Assembly: GCA_964458485.1 (NCBI GenBank)
Contig: CAYWJA010000003.1
Span: 30,524-94,523 of the forward strand
Source of the DNA: an uncultured Candidatus Peribacteria bacterium
Lineage (GTDB): Bacteria > Patescibacteriota > Gracilibacteria > UM-FILTER-43-11
Length of the DNA: 64,000 nucleotides
Direction of reading: 5' to 3'
A program made the translations under genes and the position numbers. Below the pieces are notes generated by a model that was given only the letters and a program-made list of their open reading frames with translations, did no database searches and was not told the origin of the DNA. Numbering within the stretch: the first letter of the stretch is position 1; each line of letters opens with the position of its first letter. Shown piece by piece: positions 1-8,714 of this stretch.

Positions 1-126
1 TTCTTCTTGCTGACTTTTTTACTGATTGATGCAGGTGTATGTAATACATCATCCGGTATTGTTACCCAGTTTGTATCTTTTTTCATTTTGTTTTTGTTAT
101 TTTTATTTTTTATTAGTTATATATTG

Positions 127-146
127 GCGAGGATATTCATCCTCGC
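127..146. terminator. Short GC hairpin downstream of the 787-aa gene
   Basis: GCGAGGAT-ATTC-ATCCTCGC, followed by TTTC on the plus strand. Confidence 0.4.
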
Positions 147-155
147 TTTCATTAC

Positions 156-2519
156 TTACTTATTCTTTCTCCTTCTGCCGATAATGGCAGCACCACCAAG
201 CATGGAAGCGGAAATTACAATCCATACTGCAACAGGACCACTTTTCGGCTGACTAGGTACTTTGGTCAAACTTGTATTAGAAAGTTTACTTGTTGTCTTT
301 TTTGCATTGCTATCGTTAGTAGTTGTTGTTTTCGAATCTGTAGATGAGCTAGTTGATTCAGTTTTAGCAGTAGAAGTGGATGAGCTTGTGTTTGATGATG
401 TTTGAGTAGCTACCACACCTGGCTGTAAATAACTTAAATATTTTGCCCCTTTCCCTGTAATAGTCACATTAGATGTTACTGGTAATTTTGAGCTAAGGTC
501 TTTAAGTGTTATGCCATCTATTGCTACATCTGTTTTATCTTTCGTTGTCACAAGTCTGCTATAAGTAATGGTGGCGATCTTATTAACAGCAATACTATCT
601 ATAATAATATTATTATTCTTATCTAACTTGGCCCCTGATAAATTTTCTATTGCACCAGCAGTCACATCACCGGTCGCAGAGCTAAAATATGGTTCAAGCT
701 GAATATTTGCTGCTGAAACTGCACTCGGATTTTTAATATTCATCTTAAAATAAACACGGGTGGTTTTGTTTTTTGGTAAAACAAGACCTGAACTTTTTAC
801 GCTTGCCTCTTTATATACATTGCCATCAATAGATGCTAATTTGCTGACTTCTAATCTTAATTCTCCAATATACATGGTACCTCCGCCGGAAGATGAAGTA
901 GAAGAATGACCTCCTCCGCCCAAGCCACCACCGGATGAAGAACTGCTTGAGCTACTGCCAGATCCACCAGACGAAGAAGATGAACCGGAAGAAGAACTTG
1001 ATGAAGAACTACTGGAGCTACTACTGGAAGAACTTGAAGATGAGCCAGATGATTTTTTAATATATTTCCCCACATAAACATGACTAGCTCCTGAAATAAG
1101 ATTAAATGTTATATCTTTTGGTGTTGTAAACCCGGATATTGCTTTAAATACAATTTTATATTGTATTCCAGGGCTAACACTTGATTTAAGCATAAAATTG
1201 TCTGGAGTCTTCCCTGAGCCATAATTATCTATATAAGTTGGATCGGTAACTGAAGAAATAGTATAAAAACCACTCAAGTTATTGGTACTAACTGTGATTT
1301 GTGTAGTTTCACTTGAAAGTGAAGAACTACCACTACTTTTTGATGAACTTGAGCTGGAAGATGAACTACTACCGGAGCTACTACCAGATGAAGAACTTAT
1401 ATATGTTCCTTCAAATCTTAGTGGCTTGCCGGTAATCAAATTGAATGTAATGTCTTTTGGTTTTGTGAAACCTATTACACTATCAAAAATTATCATATAT
1501 TTTGTACCGGGCTCCCCCATGGAACTCAAATTAAACGTTTTCTCACCTATCCCATATCTTGGTTCATCTAACAGATTGGTAAGGGATCTGATTGTGTACT
1601 TACCCTTTTCTATATTTGGCTTAACCGTTACGCTTGTAACACCTCTGGATGAAGAACTAGTGTTATCTGACGAAGTACTAATATATGTACCAGAGAATCT
1701 TTGTGGCTGATTAGTAATTAAACTAAAAGTAATATCTCTTGGGGTTATATAACCTGTAACACTATCGAATGTGATTTTATATTTTAATCCCGGGTTATCT
1801 CCTGAGCTTAAATTTATAGTAGATTCTCCTGTTCCCGTTCTTGGTTCATCTATTGGATTGTCAATTGATCGAATAGAATATTTACCATCAGAAATATTTG
1901 TTGAAACAGTTACAGCTGTGTAGCCTGTTGGAATAACGGCAGTAGAAGTTTTTTTTGCTATTTGATCAGATGGCCTTGTGGCCGGTTTAGTTGGATCAAT
2001 TGCATCGGACTTTGAATCTGTAAGCCCATCTGTTGGCACCTTAGCAGGCTTGGTTGGGTCGATCGCAACAGGAGCCTTTGTTTTATCCGTAATTTGATCA
2101 GATGGTAATTGTGTAATTTTAGTCGAATCGGTGGTCTTATCCACCATTTTGTCACTAGGCGTTTTTGGAGGGTATACATCATCCTTAAAAACCGGAACTT
2201 TTGTTAATGAGTCTGTTGGTACCTCCGCAGGCTTTGTGGGATCTGTGACTACGGGGGTCTTTTCAACTTTTTCTATAGTTGTTTTTACTGTTGTATCTGT
2301 TGTTGTTAAATCTCCTTTTAATAACTTCGATAATTGATTGAAGTTAAGTGCACCTGCAACAACTAAAACTATAAATACAGAAGCTAACCCAATAAATAAT
2401 GGTTTTTTGTATATTGGTATACTTTGAGCCGATTTATTTACAGGCTGTGCAGTATTTTGTGTGGGCGTTTGTGCCGTCACATTACCCTGTGTGTTTTGTG
2501 GGTTATTTTCTGTGTTCAT
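156..2519 (-). CDS. Large cell-surface repeat protein (787 aa) with Ser/Gly linkers and a C-terminal sorting-signal-like tail
   Basis: Long ORF. N-terminal hydrophobic segment PLFIGLASVFIVLVVAGAL. Pro/Thr-rich PTKPA-type repeats. Three ~85-aa repeats (KYKITFDSVTGYITPRDITFSLI / KYMIIFDSVIGFTKPKDITFNLI / QYKIVFKAISGFTTPKDITFNLI) separated by long Ser runs. C-terminus is VPSQPKSGP + hydrophobic helix + GRRRKNK. Confidence 0.8.
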   Translation of the reverse strand: MNTENNPQNTQGNVTAQTPTQNTAQPVNKSAQSIPIYKKPLFIGLASVFIVLVVAGALNFNQLSKLLKGDLTTTDTTVKTTIEKVEKTPVVTDPTKPAEVPTDSLTKVPVFKDDVYPPKTPSDKMVDKTTDSTKITQLPSDQITDKTKAPVAIDPTKPAKVPTDGLTDSKSDAIDPTKPATRPSDQIAKKTSTAVIPTGYTAVTVSTNISDGKYSIRSIDNPIDEPRTGTGESTINLSSGDNPGLKYKITFDSVTGYITPRDITFSLITNQPQRFSGTYISTSSDNTSSSSRGVTSVTVKPNIEKGKYTIRSLTNLLDEPRYGIGEKTFNLSSMGEPGTKYMIIFDSVIGFTKPKDITFNLITGKPLRFEGTYISSSSGSSSGSSSSSSSSSSKSSGSSSLSSETTQITVSTNNLSGFYTISSVTDPTYIDNYGSGKTPDNFMLKSSVSPGIQYKIVFKAISGFTTPKDITFNLISGASHVYVGKYIKKSSGSSSSSSSSSSSSSSSSSSSGSSSSSGGSGSSSSSSSSGGGLGGGGHSSTSSSGGGTMYIGELRLEVSKLASIDGNVYKEASVKSSGLVLPKNKTTRVYFKMNIKNPSAVSAANIQLEPYFSSATGDVTAGAIENLSGAKLDKNNNIIIDSIAVNKIATITYSRLVTTKDKTDVAIDGITLKDLSSKLPVTSNVTITGKGAKYLSYLQPGVVATQTSSNTSSSTSTAKTESTSSSTDSKTTTTNDSNAKKTTSKLSNTSLTKVPSQPKSGPVAVWIVISASMLGGAAIIGRRRKNK

Positions 2520-2527
2520 TTTTTTTA

Positions 2528-3622
2528 TTATTTATTTATTTTAATTTTCCTCCCCTTTTTCCTCCCAAAAACAACTGCACCACCAAGGCCTGCCGCGGAA
2601 AAAATTAACCACCCAACAAGTGGGCCGTTTTGCGGCTGCAAAGGAATACTGGCAACTGTTTTTTGAAATAAGGTGGCAAAAGGATGCGTTGAGCTAAGTG
2701 GCTGATTTACTATCACACCTACTTCATTTGAGTAATCACTTTCCTTATTATTACTATCGTAAGCAGTTACTGCAAAATAGTAGGTTTGATTATTGGTAAG
2801 ACCACTAAGTCGGTAACTGGTTAAATTTCCTATAACTCTACGTCTGGAATATTGACCACTAACTTGTCCGTAATAAATATTGAAACCAGACCTATATAAA
2901 TCAGTTGTACCATCCCATTTTAAATCAACATATCCAGACCCTGTATTAACTTTAAGATTTGTAGGGCGTTTTAATGTTATTACCGATGTACCCCCTCCTA
3001 TATTTGTATTTAATGTGGTTACTGGTGTTGAAGTTGTAGTTGTTACCACAGGTGGTGTTGTAACCGTTGGAGCTGCAATAACTCCTGGATTTAATGTAAT
3101 AGATAATTCTGCTGGTTTTTTAGATAAAATATTTAAAGGAAATCCTGAATCAATTATATTTACACTCGCATGGCCAAGTTCACTTACCTGATAATCATAA
3201 AAGCTGATTTTGGATGTTGCAGCAGTAGCTGCAATAACCTCAAAGTTCACAGAGGCTACTGTTGTTTCTGTCTTCGTTACACCTCCGGAAATATTAGATC
3301 GGCCAATTTTAACACGCCCTTCAGATGAAGCAACTGTATCTTCCCCTGGCGCAGATAATGTAAAAAGTGAACTTTTTGTATCTATTCCAGTGGCTTTTAA
3401 AGACTTTGCATCATAAGTTAACCAAGATCGAACGGAGATTATCTTATTTGCACTTGGATTCTTTAATACAATATCCACCTTAAATTTATCGCCTTTCTTG
3501 GCACTAGTTACAGAAGATTTCAGCATAAGCTCTGCATCTTTTGTAGCTGCTGCGTATGTTGGCACAATCCCTGATAGGATTATTACTATTGCCGTTAGTG
3601 TTGTTATTAGTTTTTTCATCAT
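2528..3622 (-). CDS. Secreted cohesin-like + FN3 protein with C-terminal sorting-signal-like tail (candidate anchoring scaffoldin)
   Basis: Signal peptide (..GIVPTYAAA). Residues ~28-165 are cohesin-like (KGDKFKVDIVLKNPSANKIISVRSWLTYDAKSLKA..VASVNFEVIA). Residues ~219-305 are FN3-like (PTNLKVNTGSGYVDLKWDG..YYFAVTAYDSNNKESDYSNEV). C-terminus is IPLQPQNGP + hydrophobic helix + GRKKGRK. Confidence 0.75.
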   Translation of the reverse strand: MMKKLITTLTAIVIILSGIVPTYAAATKDAELMLKSSVTSAKKGDKFKVDIVLKNPSANKIISVRSWLTYDAKSLKATGIDTKSSLFTLSAPGEDTVASSEGRVKIGRSNISGGVTKTETTVASVNFEVIAATAATSKISFYDYQVSELGHASVNIIDSGFPLNILSKKPAELSITLNPGVIAAPTVTTPPVVTTTTSTPVTTLNTNIGGGTSVITLKRPTNLKVNTGSGYVDLKWDGTTDLYRSGFNIYYGQVSGQYSRRRVIGNLTSYRLSGLTNNQTYYFAVTAYDSNNKESDYSNEVGVIVNQPLSSTHPFATLFQKTVASIPLQPQNGPLVGWLIFSAAGLGGAVVFGRKKGRKIKINK

Positions 3623-3623
3623 T

Positions 3624-3727
3624 CCTATTGGTGATCCTATTGGTGATCCGATTGGTGATCCGATTGGGGTTAAGCGGTTAAGCCCCTATTGGATTCCCTA
3701 TGGATCTCCCATTGGATTCCCTATTGG
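3624..3727. repeat. Tandem-repeat-armed hairpin, ATTGGTGATCC family
   Basis: Left arm (CCTATTGGTGAT)x4-like. Right arm CCCCTATTGGATTCCCTATGGATCTCCCATTGGATTCCCTATTGG. Loop around TTAAGCGGTTAAGC. Confidence 0.85.
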
Positions 3728-4347
3728 TTAATAATTAAAAGTGGGCTACTCGGTTTTTCGAGTACGTTATAAGGTCTTGTATCGATTAATGTATTTGCGG
3801 AAGTATGTCCGGTTAAATCTTCACGATAGTCATAGGCATCAATTGCAGCACTTTTTCCTTCTAAAACTTCAAAAGTAACTACTGCAACGTGTATTTCTTT
3901 GTCTGTAACAGCTGTAGAGCTAGAACGCCCCAATTTCATTAAGCCATTTGTACTATCGAATGCATTAGCATATGGTGCATTAAGCGTAAAAGCTGATTTT
4001 GCAACATCAACTTCCACACCTTTTAACTTCGTTGGATCATAACTCAACCAACTTTGTACCGAAGTTATTGGCTTTTGATTTGTATTATCTAAAACAATGG
4101 TTACTTTTACTTTTTTATCTTCCTTTGTGGATTTAAGCACTAATTTCACATCTTTTGCAGCAACTTTGGCTTTTTTTAATGTTTCCTGAATGCTCTCTGT
4201 TGTAGATTTTTTTGATGTTTTTACAGTTTTGGTTATCGATTTTTTATTGTCGACTTTTGAAACTGCACTATCATCCTTACAACCAGTAAGTAAACTGGAA
4301 AGGATTAGAATGACTGCCGTTGCGATGATTATATCCTTAGGTTTCAT
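3721..4347 (-). CDS. Lipoprotein with a single cohesin-like module
   Basis: Lipobox LSSLLTGC after an N-terminal hydrophobic stretch. Module KVKVTIVLDNTNQKPITSVQSWLSYDPTKLKG..IHVAVVTFEVLEG parallels the cohesin-like module of 2528-3622. Confidence 0.7.
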   Translation of the reverse strand: MKPKDIIIATAVILILSSLLTGCKDDSAVSKVDNKKSITKTVKTSKKSTTESIQETLKKAKVAAKDVKLVLKSTKEDKKVKVTIVLDNTNQKPITSVQSWLSYDPTKLKGVEVDVAKSAFTLNAPYANAFDSTNGLMKLGRSSSTAVTDKEIHVAVVTFEVLEGKSAAIDAYDYREDLTGHTSANTLIDTRPYNVLEKPSSPLLIINQ

Positions 4348-4373
4348 AATTGTTTGGGTTATTTTTGTTTTTT

Positions 4374-4430
4374 AGGTTGTAGGCTTATAGGTTGTAGGCT
4401 TGTAGGGATCTATTATAATCCTACATCCTA
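4374..4430. repeat. GTAGGCTTGTAGG-family hairpin (short right arm)
   Basis: AGGTTGTAGGCTTATAGGTTGTAGGCTTGTAGGGATCTATTATAATCCTACATCCTA. Shares unit and loop with 25051-25124. Confidence 0.8.
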
Positions 4431-4437
4431 ATTTTTA

Positions 4438-7400
4438 TTATTTAGTTGGTATTGTTGGTATTTTTGGAGATGAAGTAGTCTTAATAACAGTCCCACCGGC
4501 TGGCACAGATGTTGTAGGTACTGTTGAATCTGGTGTCTTTTTTATAGGTTTTAATACCTGACCAGATGTTGTTGTAGTGGTAGTTGTTGTACTTGCGCTA
4601 GATGCTGCAGATGAACTTGTGGTTTTGCCCGTACTATATGTTTTTCCATACATCGCAGAGAACATCGTAAAGTCTATAAAATCTACTTTTCCATCACCAT
4701 TAAAATCTCCCTGCATAGTAGTGGCCGCCTTTTTAACTGCACTAACATTTACAGCCTTAAAGAATTTTGCAACCGGAGCCTTCATTTTAACTCCTCCGGC
4801 AGAAGCAATATTTTTTATTTGTACACTATAACGCTTGCCAGATGTTTGAGTTGCAGTTTTTAAAATAATATCTTTACCTGTTTTTCCGAATGCAACTGAG
4901 TAAATAGGTAATTTTGTAGATGAATTTTCAGGGAATATTTCAAAATCATAACTGCCTCCATTCGAACTTGATGATTTACCAAGTTTTACACTTGAAGGCC
5001 TTAGTGGTTTCTGAAATTCAATTTCTACAGTATTAGAAGATGTAGCAGACACATAATGTACAACCGGCGGCCAAGTATTTGCTGTATACCCCTTAAAGAA
5101 TGCCTTAGTTGTTCCGGAAGAAAGAGAAATACCAGATGAATCTGTTATTTTGCCGCTGCCATTTACTGCATACTCAGTGCCTGACGTTTGACTTGCTGTA
5201 GTAAGGGTAACTATATTATTTGTTGCATTAATGGTGGCACCAATTACATTTAGAGTTTTACTTACGTTGTTCTTGTCGGTAATTGTAAATTCTTTACCAC
5301 TTGCTGATATTGTTGAAGATAATATTTCTTCATTAAATGTAACCTCAAGCTGTGTAGAAGACGTAGGAACTGCTGCTACAATTTTTGGAGGAGTACTGTC
5401 TGCTGTATAGCCTTTACTGTCTTTTACAATAACGGCAATTTTACCCCTTCCTACTTTTCCGCTTTTATCTGTAGCTACAACTTCGACATCGTAAGCTTTG
5501 GAGCTACCTAGTGTAGTTTTTGCAATAGTAACTCCGGATAGTACAAACCATTGGCCGGCACTTCCTTCTTTATAGCTCGGCTTCATACACACAATAGTTT
5601 TTGAATTTGTATTACATGCACTGCTAACAGATGATGAGCTACTGGTACTAGTACTGGTTTTAGATGAGCTTGTACCAATTCCTATACTACTTGCGCTAGT
5701 GGTAGTACTGGCTTGCTTAAAATCAGGTGGTGTTACAGCACCTAATTGTCCAATTTTAGAAAGATTTACAATTACTGATGACAAATCGCTATCATCATCA
5801 CGCACGAATGCATAAAGTGTAGTGGTTGTCTTGCCGTCGTTAATTGCAACTTTTGGAGATGTATATGATTTTGAAGAAAGAACTATTGGTGCATCTCCAA
5901 CTATTTTCGGATTGGCTAAGTCTAATTGTAAAATCATACTTGCTGTTGTGCCATTTGAATCTGTAGCAATAACCTGAATTTTATGGACACCATAAGTTGC
6001 TGTTTTTGGGGGAATAATTGCTTTTGATGAATAAAGCGCGCTTTTTGCAGTTTTAGAAGCAGTTGTGCTTGCTGTTAACGCGGTAGGTGTAATGCCCATT
6101 GAAGATGAATAAGCAACTACGCTAGTAATATCACTTATGCCACTAGAGTCGCTAACCATTGCATTTACAGTAAATGAAGTTTTTCCATCTCTTGCAATTC
6201 TTTTCCCTGGAGAAACGTAGCTATTTACACTATCAATTTTTGGTCCGGTTGCTGCAGCAGATACATTTACACTTATTGTTTTTGTAACACTTTCACCAGT
6301 GCTATCTGAAGCAGTAATTTTTACTGAATATGTTTTCTGCGTAGCAGTTGTAGGTATAGTGAATTTATCAGAAACATAAAATCCTGTTGTTTGTTCTGTC
6401 GGAGTACTGGCTGTTTTTGTAGTACTTGTAGTTGATGTAGATGCAGTAGTTGATGTAGATGCAGTAGCTGATTTCAATGTTACGAATCCGGCACCTAAAG
6501 CTCCTAAGTCTGCTACAACTGATTTAATAGTACCAATTCCATCAGTATCCGTAATTTTTGCAGAAATTGTTGCAGTAGTTTTACCGTCTGGCGGAATAGT
6601 AGTAGGGCTAATATATGCCTGATCTATCTTTGGTGCCACACTCTTGTAAATATCTTTAGTAACCATTAAAGAAACAGTACCTTTAACCGCCTCCGATCCT
6701 TTTTTAATTTCTACAGGCAATGCATATGCTGTAGTACTAGTTGGTGTGATTGTAGAAACTGTAGTTGTATATGTGTAATATTGTTGATTTTTTGGCTGAA
6801 TACCACTTGCCTTTGTTAAAAGTTGTGATTTATTACCACCAATTTGTGCAAGATTAATAATTGCACTATCTATATTATTCAAACCTACTTCATCTTCTAC
6901 AAGCACCCAGAAAGTCACCTTAGTTTTTCCATCTGGAGCTACTTTATAAGGTAATGCTTTGGAACTTGCAGATACAATTTTCATTTGTTTTTTAAGTCCG
7001 CTTACTACCAATGCCTTAGAAAAAGTTGTTGTTTCACTACTTTTGTTTATAAATTTAAGATCATAAACTCCTGCAGTAAAAGCCTTGGCAACTGTAAAGC
7101 TTAATGCTCCTGAACTTTGTTTGGCAATTTTTGCCTCTACAGTGCCAACAAGTACTTTCGTAACTGTATCTAAATTTGTACCAACTGCTACAACTGTTTT
7201 ATCAGCATCATTTGTAATAGTAGATGGAGTAACCTTAGTTACACTAATTGAAGCTGCTTTGTACCCAATAAAGTTCATTAAAGTATTATTTACCAATTTT
7301 AATCCACCTGAGTCTGTTACTCCGTTGAATCTGATAAAGTAATTTTTGTCTGCAATTAATTTAGGAAGTGTTACATTTATTGTTGTACCTGCTGTATCTA

Positions 7401-8664
7401 GTTCAGTTTTTACAAGTGTTACCTTTGCGGAAGAATTATCATAAATTTCTATATTTATAGGGGTGACTGTACTAGATGTAAGCGCTCCGCTAAAAGTTAA
7501 TGCTACATTTGTACTTGATTTTACAGTCACAGTTTTTAGCAATACATCACTAACATTAATACCATCTGGGTTTTGGTATCCATCGAATTTAACTATATTA
7601 TATTTTGAACCTAATGCTCCTGTTGTATTACCCGTTATATTTTTATTCTTTAAGGTTAATACATATTGCTGTCCCTTCTGTAAATCTGCACTTGTTTTTA
7701 AAATTACTGTTTTTTGATCATAGCCTGTAAATGTTAAATGGCCATATCCAGTTACTGCACTTGATATAGCTACAGGTGTATTTGTTGAACTATGAGTTAA
7801 TACATAATCTGCTGCATTACCAACATTAGTTAAAAGGTCGGAAAAACGAACAACTATATGATCTTTACTTAATGCTTCTGCATTAAAAGCCCGCAGGTTC
7901 GCCTTGCTGGTTAGCTTTAATGTTCCCGTATCTATACTAGTAAAAGTTTTACTTGTTTTATAAGGAATTGATCCTGCAGCTGCCTCAACTACTTCAACAT
8001 TGGAGGTTGTCATAGTAATGCTGCTGCCAGCAGTACCACTAACCTTTGTAGATAATTTTATAAGAGGTCTTGTATCGTCCTTTTTCAAATTAACTGCTTT
8101 ACTTGAAAAAAGAGATACTGTTACTTCTCCGTTTGTACTTGTATTTACACTTTTTAAATCTGCAGACTGAAATACTGTACCGGTTGTAGCATTACTATCG
8201 AATACAATTGAATTGGTATTAAAAGTAAGTGCGGTTACTGGGCTATATTTTAATTTAAATTTAATACTATGTAATTTTACATCTGAGGTAATTGCACTCT
8301 GCCTTAATTTAACTGCTATATTTCCACTATCTGCATGACCTGCTGTGTAACTTGGAATATATAAAGCTGCAGATCCTGCCGGAGCTTTTTTAACCTCCGT
8401 AAGAGCTGCCCTGAACAAACTTGGATTTGTGTAGCCAAGTACACCCACCGCGACCGCAAATACAGCTGCCACACTTATTAGTGCATATTTTATTTTTGGG
8501 ACTTGATACCATTTCGCCGGTTGTGATTCCGATTGGTGATCCATTGGTGATCCATTGGTGATCCCATCGGGGTTATTGTGATCATCCGTTTGAGTTCCCC
8601 CATTGGATCCCTCCATTGGATCTCCTACTGGATCCCCTATTGATTGTGTGTTTGTTTCGTCCAT
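4438..8664 (-). CDS. Giant surface protein (1408 aa): N-terminal TM anchor, cohesin-like module, many Ig-like repeats, dockerin/EF-hand-like loop near C-terminus
   Basis: TM YALISVAAVFAVAVGVLG followed by NPSLFRA. Repeated beta-rich ~90-aa units with Thr/Ser linkers. DFNGDGKVDFIDFTMF near the C-terminus. The first ~55 codons are encoded by a repeat hairpin (8529-8643). Confidence 0.8.
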   Translation of the reverse strand: MDETNTQSIGDPVGDPMEGSNGGTQTDDHNNPDGITNGSPMDHQSESQPAKWYQVPKIKYALISVAAVFAVAVGVLGYTNPSLFRAALTEVKKAPAGSAALYIPSYTAGHADSGNIAVKLRQSAITSDVKLHSIKFKLKYSPVTALTFNTNSIVFDSNATTGTVFQSADLKSVNTSTNGEVTVSLFSSKAVNLKKDDTRPLIKLSTKVSGTAGSSITMTTSNVEVVEAAAGSIPYKTSKTFTSIDTGTLKLTSKANLRAFNAEALSKDHIVVRFSDLLTNVGNAADYVLTHSSTNTPVAISSAVTGYGHLTFTGYDQKTVILKTSADLQKGQQYVLTLKNKNITGNTTGALGSKYNIVKFDGYQNPDGINVSDVLLKTVTVKSSTNVALTFSGALTSSTVTPINIEIYDNSSAKVTLVKTELDTAGTTINVTLPKLIADKNYFIRFNGVTDSGGLKLVNNTLMNFIGYKAASISVTKVTPSTITNDADKTVVAVGTNLDTVTKVLVGTVEAKIAKQSSGALSFTVAKAFTAGVYDLKFINKSSETTTFSKALVVSGLKKQMKIVSASSKALPYKVAPDGKTKVTFWVLVEDEVGLNNIDSAIINLAQIGGNKSQLLTKASGIQPKNQQYYTYTTTVSTITPTSTTAYALPVEIKKGSEAVKGTVSLMVTKDIYKSVAPKIDQAYISPTTIPPDGKTTATISAKITDTDGIGTIKSVVADLGALGAGFVTLKSATASTSTTASTSTTSTTKTASTPTEQTTGFYVSDKFTIPTTATQKTYSVKITASDSTGESVTKTISVNVSAAATGPKIDSVNSYVSPGKRIARDGKTSFTVNAMVSDSSGISDITSVVAYSSSMGITPTALTASTTASKTAKSALYSSKAIIPPKTATYGVHKIQVIATDSNGTTASMILQLDLANPKIVGDAPIVLSSKSYTSPKVAINDGKTTTTLYAFVRDDDSDLSSVIVNLSKIGQLGAVTPPDFKQASTTTSASSIGIGTSSSKTSTSTSSSSSVSSACNTNSKTIVCMKPSYKEGSAGQWFVLSGVTIAKTTLGSSKAYDVEVVATDKSGKVGRGKIAVIVKDSKGYTADSTPPKIVAAVPTSSTQLEVTFNEEILSSTISASGKEFTITDKNNVSKTLNVIGATINATNNIVTLTTASQTSGTEYAVNGSGKITDSSGISLSSGTTKAFFKGYTANTWPPVVHYVSATSSNTVEIEFQKPLRPSSVKLGKSSSSNGGSYDFEIFPENSSTKLPIYSVAFGKTGKDIILKTATQTSGKRYSVQIKNIASAGGVKMKAPVAKFFKAVNVSAVKKAATTMQGDFNGDGKVDFIDFTMFSAMYGKTYSTGKTTSSSAASSASTTTTTTTTSGQVLKPIKKTPDSTVPTTSVPAGGTVIKTTSSPKIPTIPTK
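8529..8643. repeat. ATTGGTGATCC-family hairpin inside the 5' coding end of the 1408-aa gene
   Basis: CCGATTGGTGATCCATTGGTGATCCATTGGTGATCCCATCGGGG ... CCCCCATTGGATCCCTCCATTGGATCTCCTACTGGATCCCCTATTG. Confidence 0.85.
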
Positions 8665-8714
8665 TTTATTTTTGTTATTTATTTGTACGTGGACAAACGA
8701 TTGTCCACTTTCGA

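Noticed and set aside
1-88. Possible 5' end of a minus-strand gene running off the left edge (MKKDTNWVTIPDDVLHTPASISKKVSKKK).
   Set aside because: Only 29 codons are visible, which is not enough to support a call.
7-252. Many 60-170-aa ORFs in the track lie antisense to, or out of frame within, the long ORFs. Examples: 7-252, 857-1081, 1282-1710, 15255-15656, 24475-24972, 37923-38519, 40077-40403, 42209-42664, 47405-47821 and 58216-58737.
   Set aside because: Each is fully embedded in a longer ORF with clear homology or domain structure. Their low-complexity or repeat-mirroring translations are typical shadow ORFs.
3624-3727. Could the tandem short repeats (here and at about 20 other loci) be CRISPR arrays?
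   Set aside because: The units are 7-12 nt and directly abutting, with no spacers. Each array is mirrored by its reverse complement to form a hairpin. No cas genes are present.
3498-3731. ORFs translating IGDPIGDPIGDP (3498-3731 plus strand, 36572-36856 minus strand), which could look like a repeat protein.
   Set aside because: The peptide repeat is simply the translation of an intergenic ATTGGTGATCC tandem-repeat hairpin. These ORFs have no start context and overlap real genes.
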